DNA of 64,000 nucleotides from an uncultured virus (IMG/VR IMGVR_UViG_3300031134_000641) (IMGVR_UViG_3300031134_000641); one strand, 5' to 3'. Counted from the stretch's first letter, positions 30,511 through 39,190 are shown. Translations and numbers: made by a program. Notes: generated by a model from the letters alone, not told the origin.

Positions 30511-30570
30511 GAGGGATGAAGTGCATTAGGGCACTCAACCGAGTAGCGTTCGACTCGCTACCATCTCACG
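30511..30570 (+). ncRNA. Mini tRNA-like RNA (acceptor-like stem, small hairpin, T-arm)
   Basis: gggatg/catctc; gtgc-attagg-gcac; gtagcg-ttcgact-cgctac. Confidence 0.45.
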
Positions 30571-30649
30571 GAACAAACAGTATCCAACGATTCTAGACCT
30601 TAGGGAATAGAAACAAAACGGTGCATGTTTGCCCAACACAACAAAATAT

Positions 30650-30722
30650 AGGGGTGTCATATAGCGGCCTAGTATGGTGGTCTCCAAAACCACTCACGTG
30701 AGTTCAAATCTCACCACCCCTG
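30650..30722 (+). tRNA. tRNA-Trp(CCA)
   Basis: gtggt-ctCCAaa-accac; cloverleaf. Confidence 0.9.
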
Positions 30723-30983
30723 CGATAACAGAAATGTTACCAAATTTTGCTCCTCCGCTTATGGGGAGTGAACGAATATTGAAAAGTTTATAGAGGAAAC
30801 CATAACCTGGAAACAGGGTAACCAAGAAAGCCGGTGGCTTAACAGCCGAAATCGGTTCCCTCTGGTAACCCTGCCTCCAGGTAACATGTAGAGTTTCATG
30901 GTTGAGGTTGGTAACAACAGCAAAAGCTAGCTACGGTTAGCATTTGAGGTTGAAGTTAACCTCAACCATGGAACACTATATAA

Positions 30984-31060
30984 CAGGGTATGGGAAAGTT
31001 TGGTAATCCGTCATGTTAGGAACGTGAAGACCGCGAGTTCAAATCTCGCTACCCTGACCA
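30984..31060 (+). tRNA. tRNA-Pro(AGG)
   Basis: tcatg-ttAGGaa-cgtga; encoded CCA. Confidence 0.85.
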
Positions 31061-31096
31061 GCATTTAAAAGATTTTGAAAATAAAATCAAATAAAG

Positions 31097-31126
31097 TTGA
31101 CAAGCACAGAAAATGTGTGCTATAGT
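31097..31126 (+). promoter_or_regulatory. Sigma70-type promoter in tRNA cluster
   Basis: TTGACA-18-TATAGT. Confidence 0.7.
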
Positions 31127-31180
31127 AGTAATTAAGAAGCCAAGCAAATAACACAACTTGTTATAGCATGGTTATCCTAC

Positions 31181-31254
31181 CGGGATGTAGGAAAGTTTGG
31201 TAATCCGTTTCGTTTGGGGCGAAAAGATCGCAGGTTCGAATCCTGTCATCCCGA
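31181..31254 (+). tRNA. tRNA-Pro(TGG)
   Basis: tttcg-ttTGGgg-cgaaa. Confidence 0.9.
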
Positions 31255-31408
31255 CAAAAGGTAGCTGAGTAAGCCTGCAAAGGCTAAAAGGCCAGGGGTT
31301 TTGCACCCTCTTACCACCTTGCGCACAAGTGCTCAAAAAGGGTAAGGTACTCTAGACTGAGTAAACTGGGTCTGTTTTTTGTACGAACAGTCACAGGAAG
31401 CAAAGATT

Positions 31409-31481
31409 GTGGATGTAGCTCAGCTGGTAGAGCGCAACCTTGCCAAGGTTGAGGTCGCGGGTTCGAACCCCGTCATCCGCT
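31409..31481 (+). tRNA. tRNA-Gly(GCC)
   Basis: caacc-ttGCCaa-ggttg. Confidence 0.95.
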
Positions 31482-31620
31482 CGGATAGTTGTAAATCCAA
31501 AGTCGGGTACAGGATATTCGGCAGTGTGAGAACAAAACAGGAACCCAGCGCGTATGGACCTGACAAAAAACACATAAGATAACCCGTTGTCCTGCTGTCT
31601 TCACAGTAGGGCTTCGGTTT

Positions 31621-31696
31621 GCGGGTGTAGCTCAATTTCGGTTAGAGCGTCACTCTTCCAAAGTGAAGGTTGCCGGTTCGAAGCCGGTCACCCGCT
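31621..31696 (+). tRNA. tRNA-Gly(TCC)
   Basis: tcact-ctTCCaa-agtga. Confidence 0.9.
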
Positions 31697-31803
31697 CTCA
31701 GAGTAAAGTTGTGGTCACGGAAACCACTCTGCTTTATACAAGCAGGTAGCTTAATCATGCCGAGGGCAGAAAGCATTACTCATTTTCTGGCTGAAAAGCC
31801 TGA

Positions 31804-31879
31804 CTGGATGTGGGGCAGTTGGTAGCCCGCTACTCTCGGACAGTAGAGGTCGTGGGTTCAAATCCCACCATCCAGACCA
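31804..31879 (+). tRNA. tRNA-Pro(CGG)
   Basis: ctact-ctCGGac-agtag; CCA. Confidence 0.9.
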
Positions 31880-31933
31880 TACCGTATGTTGTGCTGCGAC
31901 AGATAACATACAGTAGAAGAGTAAGGAGAAAAC

Positions 31934-32176
31934 ATGAGTGACTATGATAGATACAATCCTGATACTTACGACAGAGATGCTGGGTATGCTTTTTATACTC
32001 TAGGTTTCGTGTTCTTTGTAATAGGAATTGGTAGCATGAATACGTTCTTTTTCTTAGGAATTGCTTTCGCGTTCTTAGCCCATTACTCTTATCTTCCTGT
32101 TGGTGAGTTGCTTAACTTTAAACCTGCCGATAGGAATGATGCAGAAAAGAAAACAGAATCTGACACTGAAGTTTAG
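31934..32176 (+). CDS. Small membrane protein within tRNA cluster
   Basis: SD aaggag; two TMs. Confidence 0.65.
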   Translation: MSDYDRYNPDTYDRDAGYAFYTLGFVFFVIGIGSMNTFFFLGIAFAFLAHYSYLPVGELLNFKPADRNDAEKKTESDTEV

Positions 32177-32188
32177 CGTCAGAAGTAC

Positions 32189-32266
32189 GCCGCCTTAGCT
32201 CAGCCCGGCCAGAGCAGCTGTCTTGTAAACAGCAGGTCATCGGTTCGAATCCGATAGGCGGCTCCA
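32189..32266 (+). tRNA. tRNA-Thr(TGT)
   Basis: gctgt-ctTGTaa-acagc; CCA. Confidence 0.95.
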
Positions 32267-32297
32267 AACAGGTCAAACCCTGTATGAAAAAGTTTAT

Positions 32298-32368
32298 TGC
32301 CCTATAGTGTAACGGCAGCACGAGAGTCTTTGGAACTCTTTGTCTAGGTTCGAATCCTGGTGGGGCAG
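32298..32368 (+). tRNA. tRNA-Gln(TTG)
   Basis: agagt-ctTTGga-actct. Confidence 0.9.
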
Positions 32369-32472
32369 CGAAACAGTAGTTAAGGTTCATGTTGGAGTTA
32401 ACCTTTGAGATTACTGTTGTATCGAAAGTTTGCATTGAGCTTGCGTAGCGAATTCATTGTAACTCCAACTTG

Positions 32473-32561
32473 GGAAGCGTGTCAGAGTCCGGCTTATTGA
32501 GTTAGTCTTGAAAACTAAAGTGGTGTTAAAGCCACCGGGGGTTCGAATCCCTCCGCTTCCG
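32473..32561 (+). tRNA. tRNA-Ser(TGA)
   Basis: ttagt-ctTGAaa-actaa; long variable arm. Confidence 0.95.
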
Positions 32562-32663
32562 CGTAGTAAAGCATGCGTACTATGAATGTGATTGACGCCC
32601 AGCATTGACGGAAACTGATGTAGCTGGTCACACAGTTTTTGTGTGGCAAAAAAATTCATATTA

Positions 32664-32737
32664 GGGGATGTAGCTTAATGGTAAAGCTTCAGTCTTCCAA
32701 ACTGATGACGCGGGTTCGATTCCCGTCATCCCCTCCA
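32664..32737 (+). tRNA. tRNA-Gly(TCC)
   Basis: tcagt-ctTCCaa-actga; CCA. Confidence 0.95.
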
Positions 32738-32885
32738 AAGCCTTTGAACAATCCCTAGCCTGGAAGATTGGTTAGATTGCTTAGGTTACCGTCTTCCTAC
32801 ATAATCTTTTGTGTAGAAAAGGTCTAACGCGACTTGACTTCCTGTTAAGCATGTGTTAGAGTAATATCAACAAGCAACATAATGC

Positions 32886-32957
32886 GCCTTCATAGCTCAA
32901 CGGAAGAGCAAGTGTTTTCTAGGCACCAGGTTGGGGGTTCGAATCCCTCTGGGGGCA
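32886..32957 (+). tRNA. tRNA-Arg(TCT)
   Basis: agtgt-ttTCTag-gcacc, imperfect stem. Confidence 0.7.
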
Positions 32958-32985
32958 CGCAACAATTTAATAAGCAACACAACAT

Positions 32986-33065
32986 GCGGATGTATACCCT
33001 CTCGCTGATAACGAGTTGAAAGGTTAATAGGTTGCACGTGGGTTCAATTCCCACCATCCGCACCA
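32986..33065 (+). ncRNA. Rearranged tRNA-like RNA with GAT anticodon arm, no canonical D-arm, CCA end
   Basis: gcggatg/catccgc-ACCA; ctcg-ctGATaa-cgag; gtggg-ttcaatt-cccac. Confidence 0.75.
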
Positions 33066-33383
33066 CATATTCATTCTCAACCAAAAGATTTTTGGTGACA
33101 GTAAAAGTTCGTTTTGAATGGGTAGCTCACGGTACGCACGGGTGAGCGAATGTCAGCTATAGGCAGGGTGACGCTGGCGCATCGTAACAAAGTTTCTACG
33201 AAAAGCATTTGACTTGAATGTTAACATGTGTTATCGTAGAGTATACGGCGTAATGCTCTCAGAACAAGTGAGAGACAACCGCTACTCTAACTTCAGGTAA
33301 AGCATCACAGCTACAGTATTGTGAAGCGGTGCCTTCCGTAATCAGTCGGACGTATGTTTGCCTACGAAAAAGGTGAACACCAT

Positions 33384-33456
33384 TGCCCCATAGCTCAATT
33401 GGCAGAGCGGCGCACTGTTAATGCGTAGGTTGTAGGTTCGAGTCCTACTGAGGCAG
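33384..33456 (+). tRNA. tRNA-Asn(GTT)
   Basis: gcgca-ctGTTaa-tgcgt. Confidence 0.9.
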
Positions 33457-33540
33457 CGCAACGTAAACATCTTTCGCTTAAAGCTTGACGTGTTTCACGG
33501 GCCTGGGACTATATGCTGCGGCAGTCTTAGGTCAGCACAT

Positions 33541-33613
33541 GGTCCTGTAGCTCAAAGGATAGAGCGCTTCGCTACGAACGAAGAGGTTGGGGGTTCGAGT
33601 CCCTTCAGGACCA
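33541..33613 (+). tRNA. tRNA-Arg(ACG)
   Basis: cttcg-ctACGaa-cgaag. Confidence 0.95.
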
Positions 33614-33745
33614 CGCAAAAAACTGGTTGCCGTACTTTGGAGTGGGTACAGCAAGGGCTTATGCGCCCTACCGTGACCAGTATAAATATGCATGGTTCAA
33701 CCAAAAAAGGTTGAGCTTCACTACAGGTGAAGAAAGCATATATTT

Positions 33746-33819
33746 GCTCGCTTAACTCAGTTGGCTAGAGTGCCACCTTTACACGGTGGAGGTCGGGGGT
33801 TCGAGTCCCTCAGCGAGCA
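33746..33819 (+). tRNA. tRNA-Val(TAC)
   Basis: ccacc-ttTACac-ggtgg. Confidence 0.95.
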
Positions 33820-34012
33820 CGCTCCCATGAAAATGGGAACAGTATTAACCGTTTGCTTATACTTCTAGTCACAACCTAACCACCGTAATGTATCGCGCTG
33901 GTTAGCTGTGTCACAGGAAACTGTGTTTAGAGAACTCTACGGAGGCCGAAAGGTAGAAAGTCACTGAGAACGATACTAACATGGTAAAACATGTTACGGT
34001 TAATGCACATAT

Positions 34013-34084
34013 TGCCCTATAGTGTAACTGGCAACACGAGAGGTTCTGATTCTCTTATTCCTGGTTCGAATCCAGGTAGGGTAG
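34013..34084 (+). tRNA. tRNA-Gln(CTG)
   Basis: agagg-ttCTGat-tctct. Confidence 0.9.
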
Positions 34085-34161
34085 CAAAGCTAGTAGATGA
34101 AAATTTGCTAGCGCCGGAGGACTAGCGGGCTGAAGTTAGGCTTCCCCCTCCGGTTATTTTC

Positions 34162-34210
34162 GGGCGTAGCTGTTGTAGCCGGAAGGTTAGATTCCTTTCT
34201 GCGTCCACCA
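34162..34210 (+). ncRNA. 49-nt minihelix tRNA-like RNA ending ACCA
   Basis: gggcgta/tgcgtcc-ACCA; T-arm gaagg-ttagatt-ccttt; no anticodon arm. Confidence 0.65.
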
Positions 34211-34237
34211 CTTGGAAAGCTGAAAAGTTTTCCGCAT

Positions 34238-34313
34238 GTGACTGTAGGGGAGCCTGGCCGTCCCCGCCACCCTGTCAAGGTGGAGATCGCGGGTTCAAAT
34301 CCCGTCTTTCGCG
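34238..34313 (+). tRNA. tRNA-Asp(GTC), mismatched acceptor stem
   Basis: ccacc-ctGTCaa-ggtgg; gtgactg/ctttcgc. Confidence 0.75.
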
Positions 34314-34366
34314 CTCAGCTTTGCATTGTCAAAGCTTAAACTATGTCAGTGTTTCATCTGACATTT

Positions 34367-34440
34367 GCTCTCTTAACTCAGCTGGCTAGAGTGCCACCTT
34401 TACACGGTGGAGGTCGGGGGTTCAAGTCCCTCAGGGAGCA
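34367..34440 (+). tRNA. tRNA-Val(TAC)
   Basis: ccacc-ttTACac-ggtgg. Confidence 0.95.
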
Positions 34441-34497
34441 CGCAACAAAACAGAAATATGTGATATGGTAAAGTCAGACCAACAGGAAAGGCAAACC

Positions 34498-34980
34498 ATG
34501 ACAACAATTGCTAAAGCTCACCAACGTGAGCTAAAAGCTTGGAAACGTGCAGAGAAGCTAGACACTGCACGAGAGCAACAGAAGCGTAAACGAACACATA
34601 AGGAAGCAGAGTACGAGCTTAACGTAGCCATCCAGCGCGTTAGAGACAACAAAGTTGCTTTCATCAAAATTAAAAACCGCTGGGAAGCGGCAAGAAAAGC
34701 TCAGAAAAAGAATGCAAAAGCAACAATCAGTCATCTAAAAGCAAACAACGCAAGCGGAGAAAAAATTACCGCTGCAAAGGTGGCCGCTAAAGAAGCAGCA
34801 CGGAAACATGATGCTTATGTTAAATCTGAGACTGTACGCATCAAAGAGCTAATTAGTAACATCAAAATTGAATCAAAAGTTGACCGTAGTATCGCGCGAG
34901 AGAGCCTAAGCGTTCCCTTCAAAGTGGTCAACGCAGTACCAGACTGGCTAGCTGTTAGAGTTCCTAGCTTAACCTGGTAA
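34498..34980 (+). CDS. Basic coiled-coil hypothetical protein
   Basis: SD ggaaagg then ATG 34498; Lys/Arg/Ala-rich. Confidence 0.65.
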   Translation: MTTIAKAHQRELKAWKRAEKLDTAREQQKRKRTHKEAEYELNVAIQRVRDNKVAFIKIKNRWEAARKAQKKNAKATISHLKANNASGEKITAAKVAAKEAARKHDAYVKSETVRIKELISNIKIESKVDRSIARESLSVPFKVVNAVPDWLAVRVPSLTW

Positions 34981-35008
34981 AACATAGGAAGCCCTCAGGG
35001 TTTCTTAT

Positions 35009-35083
35009 GCTCACGTATCCCAACTGGCAGAGGAGCTAAGCTCAGACCTTAGTAATGTGTGGGTTCAAATCCCACCGTGAGCA
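35009..35083 (+). tRNA. tRNA-Leu(CAG) with short variable loop
   Basis: ctaag-ctCAGac-cttag. Confidence 0.85.
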
Positions 35084-35085
35084 CT

Positions 35086-35159
35086 GTGGCCGTGGCAGAG
35101 GCGGAAAATGCGACAGTTTGTGGAACTGTTTTGTGCGGGTTCGAACCCCGTCGGTCACC
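35086..35159 (+). tRNA. tRNA-His(GTG)
   Basis: acagt-ttGTGga-actgt; C discriminator. Confidence 0.85.
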
Positions 35160-35164
35160 CGAAA

Positions 35165-35952
35165 GCTTCACTTGTGAAGCTGAACAATAGCGGCATGACG
35201 CTATAAACCATCGCAAGGTGGGGAAAGACCAGTGTGACACCTGGTCGCCGTGTAAGCGGTATCTCATGCAATCTGAAACTGTTAAACGCTCCCGCAACGG
35301 GGTGTTAATGGTGCGAGTTACATGTAAGATCAAGTGAAGGGCAACTGCTATATAACTTGGTAAAGCTAACGGGGCTGTTTACATGCTGCAAGCACCATTT
35401 CAGTAAGGAAGGAATAGTAGTCCAAGCCTGTCAAGCGAGGGCGGATTCCACGAACGGAAAATAGGGAACGCCGGTTTCCTTGCCAGTCCGGGAGATTGCA
35501 ATTAGTGTGACAACGAAAGCATCAGAGGTGTGAAGTATTCTGTGAGTCAAAAACTTACGGAGCTTTGCGGAAAAGCACATCTCTAGTCAAAGATATTAGC
35601 TCAATTGGCAGAGCAACTGTATATGAAACAGTGAGTTGGTGGTTCAATCCCATCATATCATTCAAAGCGAAAGACTTTTCCTGTCACTTCGTGAAAGTGC
35701 CTTAATGCTTGGCCCGTGAGGGAACCAAGCCTCCAAGAAGCCCGCAAGGTGGAATGGAGTTCATGTGAAAGTAGTGCAGCAAAGAGGTTTAGCGGCCCCT
35801 TTGCGAATCAAAATCAGTGGAGAAGCGTGTGACATAAGGAGTAGCATCCCGAAGATGCTAGGCACGGAAGATACAGTGGGGACACTGTGGAAAAGTTGGG
35901 AAACAATAATCCAACTAAAGGCTTCCAACAAAGGGTTTATTCTCAGCCCTTT
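35165..35952 (+). ncRNA. GOLLD-like giant structured ncRNA (~790 nt) with embedded tRNA-like element
   Basis: No credible ORF; GNRA-capped hairpins between tRNA-His and tRNA-Gln; blocks gaggtgtgaagtattc..tcaaaa..cacatctc, gaaagtgccttaat..cccgcaagg and 3' aaggg..ctcagccctt resemble GOLLD as recalled, not aligned. Confidence 0.7.
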
Positions 35953-35955
35953 TAT

Positions 35956-36027
35956 TGCCCTATAGTGTAACTGGCAACACGAGAGGTTCTGATTCTCTTA
36001 TTCCTGGTTCGAATCCAGGTAGGGTAG
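35956..36027 (+). tRNA. tRNA-Gln(CTG), identical to the copy at 34013
   Basis: agagg-ttCTGat-tctct. Confidence 0.9.
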
Positions 36028-36293
36028 CGCAAACCATACTCGCTTGAAGATGCAACTAATCAAGCGAGAGTCACCTGAATGAATAGCATCTTCATTACGA
36101 GGTAACGTGGTAGGTAAGTTAATTCACCGGTCAACCCTTTGCAGGCCGACTGGTGAGGTTGATGTATTCTCTGACAACGGGGCACCGCTCAGGGAACTGA
36201 CCAAAAACTTTCCTACAGCGGTCATAATTTTACCAAAATGAACACGTTTAGTGTCGCACCGAGCGGCGTGAAATAAAAGTCGGTGCACTGTAG

Positions 36294-36376
36294 TCCGGTG
36301 ATGGGAAATTGGCGTCCTAGCAAGCTGTTAACTTGTGGCTGAAATATGCATGTAGGTTCGAATCCTGCCTCCGGAG
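36294..36376 (+). tRNA. tRNA-Asn(GTT) with long variable arm
   Basis: gcaag-ctGTTaa-cttgt; variable region ggctgaaatatgcat. Confidence 0.75.
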
Positions 36377-36511
36377 CAAATAGCGTATTCTAAAAAGTAT
36401 GCTATGATAGGTAGTAACACGACTGGCTGTTCTCCCCGTGAACAGGTTAACACTCCCTGTTTCCATGAAAATGTGAAGAGAGGCAGCCAGTTTTCTTCTC
36501 AAAGGAAAACA

Positions 36512-36742
36512 ATGTCACAAACACTACTCAGTAGATCAGAAAGAGCCGCCCGTTCAGTTATGCTAAAAAAAGAAATAATGAGGCTGCTAGCAGACGGTAA
36601 ACCAAAAGATATAAACACTGTTCTCGCTGAAGCCGCTGCACCCTGCGGACTTATTTCAGATGATGTAGCCCCTGTGCTGAGCAGTATGATTTACAAAAAA
36701 GAACTCACAGTAGACTTTTTGGTTAACACCGTTCGCGTCTAA
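36512..36742 (+). CDS. Small putative winged-helix protein
   Basis: SD aagga then ATG 36512; EIMRLLADGKP..LSSMIYKKEL. Confidence 0.55.
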   Translation: MSQTLLSRSERAARSVMLKKEIMRLLADGKPKDINTVLAEAAAPCGLISDDVAPVLSSMIYKKELTVDFLVNTVRV

Positions 36743-36771
36743 GAGTTCTCCCAAAAAGTTTCAGAATAGAC

Positions 36772-36801
36772 TTGACAAGCAACAACAAGTCATGTTATGA
36801 T
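36772..36801 (+). promoter_or_regulatory. Sigma70-type promoter
   Basis: TTGACA-18-TATGAT. Confidence 0.7.
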
Positions 36802-36920
36802 TAGAACATAACAGAAAACGACCTGAGTGAAACAGTCAGGGAAGCTGAGAACTGCATAGGCAAAGAGAACCTGTGCAGGGAAGCTAAAAAGGTGAACTTC
36901 TCACTCACCACTGTTTATAT

Positions 36921-36993
36921 TGCCTCATAGCTCAATTGGCAGAGCGGCGAGCTGTTAACTCGTAGGTTGTAGGTTCGAGTCCTACTGAGGCAG
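36921..36993 (+). tRNA. tRNA-Asn(GTT)
   Basis: gcgag-ctGTTaa-ctcgt. Confidence 0.95.
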
Positions 36994-37025
36994 CGACTGC
37001 ACCATGTGTGTAGTGTTACAAACTT

Positions 37026-37220
37026 GGGGTTATCGTTCAGTATACGGGAAGATGGCTGCATTAGGATTGATCTCCTGATGATCATGATAAACTTTCGTGA
37101 GGCATAACTAAAAAGTCAAAGCTGATAGAAGTGGGTTCGAGTCCCGCGACCGTTCTGACAAGGGGCGGTGATAACTGGACTAATTGATGCTCAGCCGGGG
37201 GCAGTACCCGGAGTTATACA
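37026..37220 (+). ncRNA. tRNA-derived RNA with large insertions, overlapping a minihelix with GGCAGTA T-loop
   Basis: ggttatc/gataact; T-arm gtggg-ttcgagt-cccgc; ccggg-ggcagta-cccgg. Confidence 0.5.
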
Positions 37221-37297
37221 AAACAACTTAATAAACTAAACTTTTCGGCCCCTCTTCAGGGTAAGCTCCTGAACTATAGGAGGCGCAGTCAAGTTAC

Positions 37298-37370
37298 GGG
37301 GACTTAGCTCAATTGGTAGAGCATCAGTTTTGCATACTGAAGGTCAGGGGTTCGATTCCCCTAGTCTCCA
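37298..37370 (+). tRNA. tRNA-Ala(TGC)
   Basis: tcagt-ttTGCat-actga; G3:U70. Confidence 0.95.
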
Positions 37371-37523
37371 CAGCTTTCACCTGATACGGCAAATAGTACG
37401 GTGAATGGGATTGGGAGTTTTGCCGCTTCACGAATCCTGACGAAATCCATCGTCTGCCTGTAAATCGTTTTTATCCTGTAAGACTTGCGCTTGGAGGATA
37501 AAAACGCTGGGAAACGGATGCTT

Positions 37524-37596
37524 GGGGACTTAGCTCAATTGGTAGAGCATCTGCTTTGCAAGCAGAAGGTCAGGGGTTCAATTCCCCTAGTCTCCA
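37524..37596 (+). tRNA. tRNA-Ala(TGC)
   Basis: tctgc-ttTGCaa-gcaga. Confidence 0.95.
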
Positions 37597-37783
37597 CCGA
37601 AAGTCAGGTGTTGTACTTAGCGGTACAACTAAGGGTCAGCCTAGACCAATCAGCTTGACTACTAACCTCACAGTAAAGGTTCCCTTAAAGGAAGTGCATT
37701 CTCCGGAAAGGTTATGTGAGAGAAGGACAACCGATAGTAAAATATCGTAACAATTGTTTTAGCTGGTGTACATGCTAGAATAT

Positions 37784-37855
37784 GCCTCTGTAGCTCAAAG
37801 GAAGAGCATCGGTCTTTTAAACCGAGGGTTGTGGTGTCGGGATCCACTGGGGGCA
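37784..37855 (+). tRNA. tRNA-Lys(TTT), aberrant T-loop (possible pseudogene)
   Basis: tcggt-ctTTTaa-accga; T region gtggtgtcgggatccac. Confidence 0.6.
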
Positions 37856-37886
37856 CTTAGTAACATTGTCAAAGTAATATAGATAT

Positions 37887-37968
37887 GCGCTTGTGGCGGA
37901 ATTGGCAGACGCGCTAGGTTTAGGTCCTAGTACCGCAAGGTGTGGAGGTTCAAGTCCTCTCAGGCGCA
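37887..37968 (+). tRNA. tRNA-Leu(TAG)
   Basis: ctagg-ttTAGgt-cctag. Confidence 0.95.
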
Positions 37969-38186
37969 CAAAGCAAGAATCAGATACGGGTTGCCAACCC
38001 TGTAGACTTCACTGTGGCGGTGAAGGGTGGTCTGATTGCCTTGCCTGCACTGTCTGGTCAACAGTGAGTATGCTAAACGTAAACCAGCCTTTGACCTTGC
38101 GGTTAAGTGGTAGCATACAAACCAACTTGTGTTGTTAGTAAATCTGATAAGCTTCTATTGTTAGATATAAGCAAGCAACACAGTTT

Positions 38187-38259
38187 GGGCCTCTAGCTCA
38201 ATTGGCAGAGCAGCGTCCTTTTAAGTCGCGGGTTCTCGGTTCAAGTCCGAGGGGGCCTA
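38187..38259 (+). tRNA. tRNA-Lys(TTT)
   Basis: gcgtc-ctTTTaa-gtcgc. Confidence 0.85.
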
Positions 38260-38291
38260 CAAAACTTTTTCAAAAAAGTTTGCTTGTCAGC

Positions 38292-38320
38292 TTGACAAGC
38301 TTTGAAGCATCGTGTATAGT
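38292..38320 (+). promoter_or_regulatory. Sigma70-type promoter
   Basis: TTGACA-17-TATAGT. Confidence 0.75.
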
Positions 38321-38587
38321 TAGATATGTAAGCAAGGGAAGCCAAGCTTACAAAAGAAAAGTAAGGAAAGTCGGAATATGATTTGACTTACTGAAGTTAA
38401 CATGATATAGTTAACCTAGATGCTTGATAAAACAATAGTGGAAAACAATTTTATTGTAAAGCTTTTTATACACTCACAATGTTGAATGTATAAAAAGTTC
38501 TGCAAGGAACATACCTCGTCCGGCTTGACCCGTCCGGAACGATCAGGGCTACTTGGTAGCGAGGTTAGTCAACGGGTCCCAATATAT

Positions 38588-38660
38588 GCATCTGTAGCTC
38601 AGTCGGTAGAGCAGCTGCCTCTTAAGCAGCGGGTCGTGGGTTCGAGCCCCACCGGATGCA
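38588..38660 (+). tRNA. tRNA-Lys(CTT)
   Basis: gctgc-ctCTTaa-gcagc. Confidence 0.95.
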
Positions 38661-38955
38661 CAATGACTTAACTTTACAGGTTAAGTCAGGCAATAAAAAG
38701 AAATCCGTGGTACGAGTGGCAACTCGTTTTGTTGATTGAATTGGAAGGTGACCGCCACGGTTAAATCCTTTCCGCTGCATCCGAAATCTCTTGCCAGAGG
38801 TTGCAGTTCTTTTTGAGGTGGAGTTCAGTGTAGGATTGACTAACCGCTTCGTTTTTTTGATGTTATGGTCTTGGTCTCTAGTAGGCTCTGGGGTAGCATC
38901 TTGTTGAGAAATACCATTCCACCTGATAGGTTGATAAAGCCTGACGGTGGAATAT

Positions 38956-39038
38956 GGGAGTGTTGAGCAATTGGCTGGCTCGACGGACTGTAAATCCGTT
39001 CCCTTCGGGGCTTGCAGGTTCGAATCCTGTCACTCCCA
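38956..39038 (+). tRNA. tRNA-Tyr(GTA)
   Basis: acgga-ctGTAaa-tccgt; variable arm. Confidence 0.9.
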
Positions 39039-39190
39039 CAGACTGTTCATTTGAGTCGTGCACAATCAAGACTTTGAAGTACTCAGTGAACTGTTCAGTG
39101 CTCATAGAAGATACAGGGTTAGCGTCCTGCTTACCGGGTTGAGTCTACTTGGTTAGGTTTAAAGTAAAACCGTCTGTGCTGCATGTTATC

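Noticed and set aside
32886..32957. Possible amber suppressor reading (CTA) of the loop ttttctagg
   Set aside because: The stem register agtgt/gcacc places TCT at positions 34-36; TAG also appears as a normal stop in the ORFs
37437..37520. Hammerhead-like CTGACGA...GAAAC
   Set aside because: The bases after CTGACGA do not pair with those before GAAA, and no stem I/III with a UH site could be built
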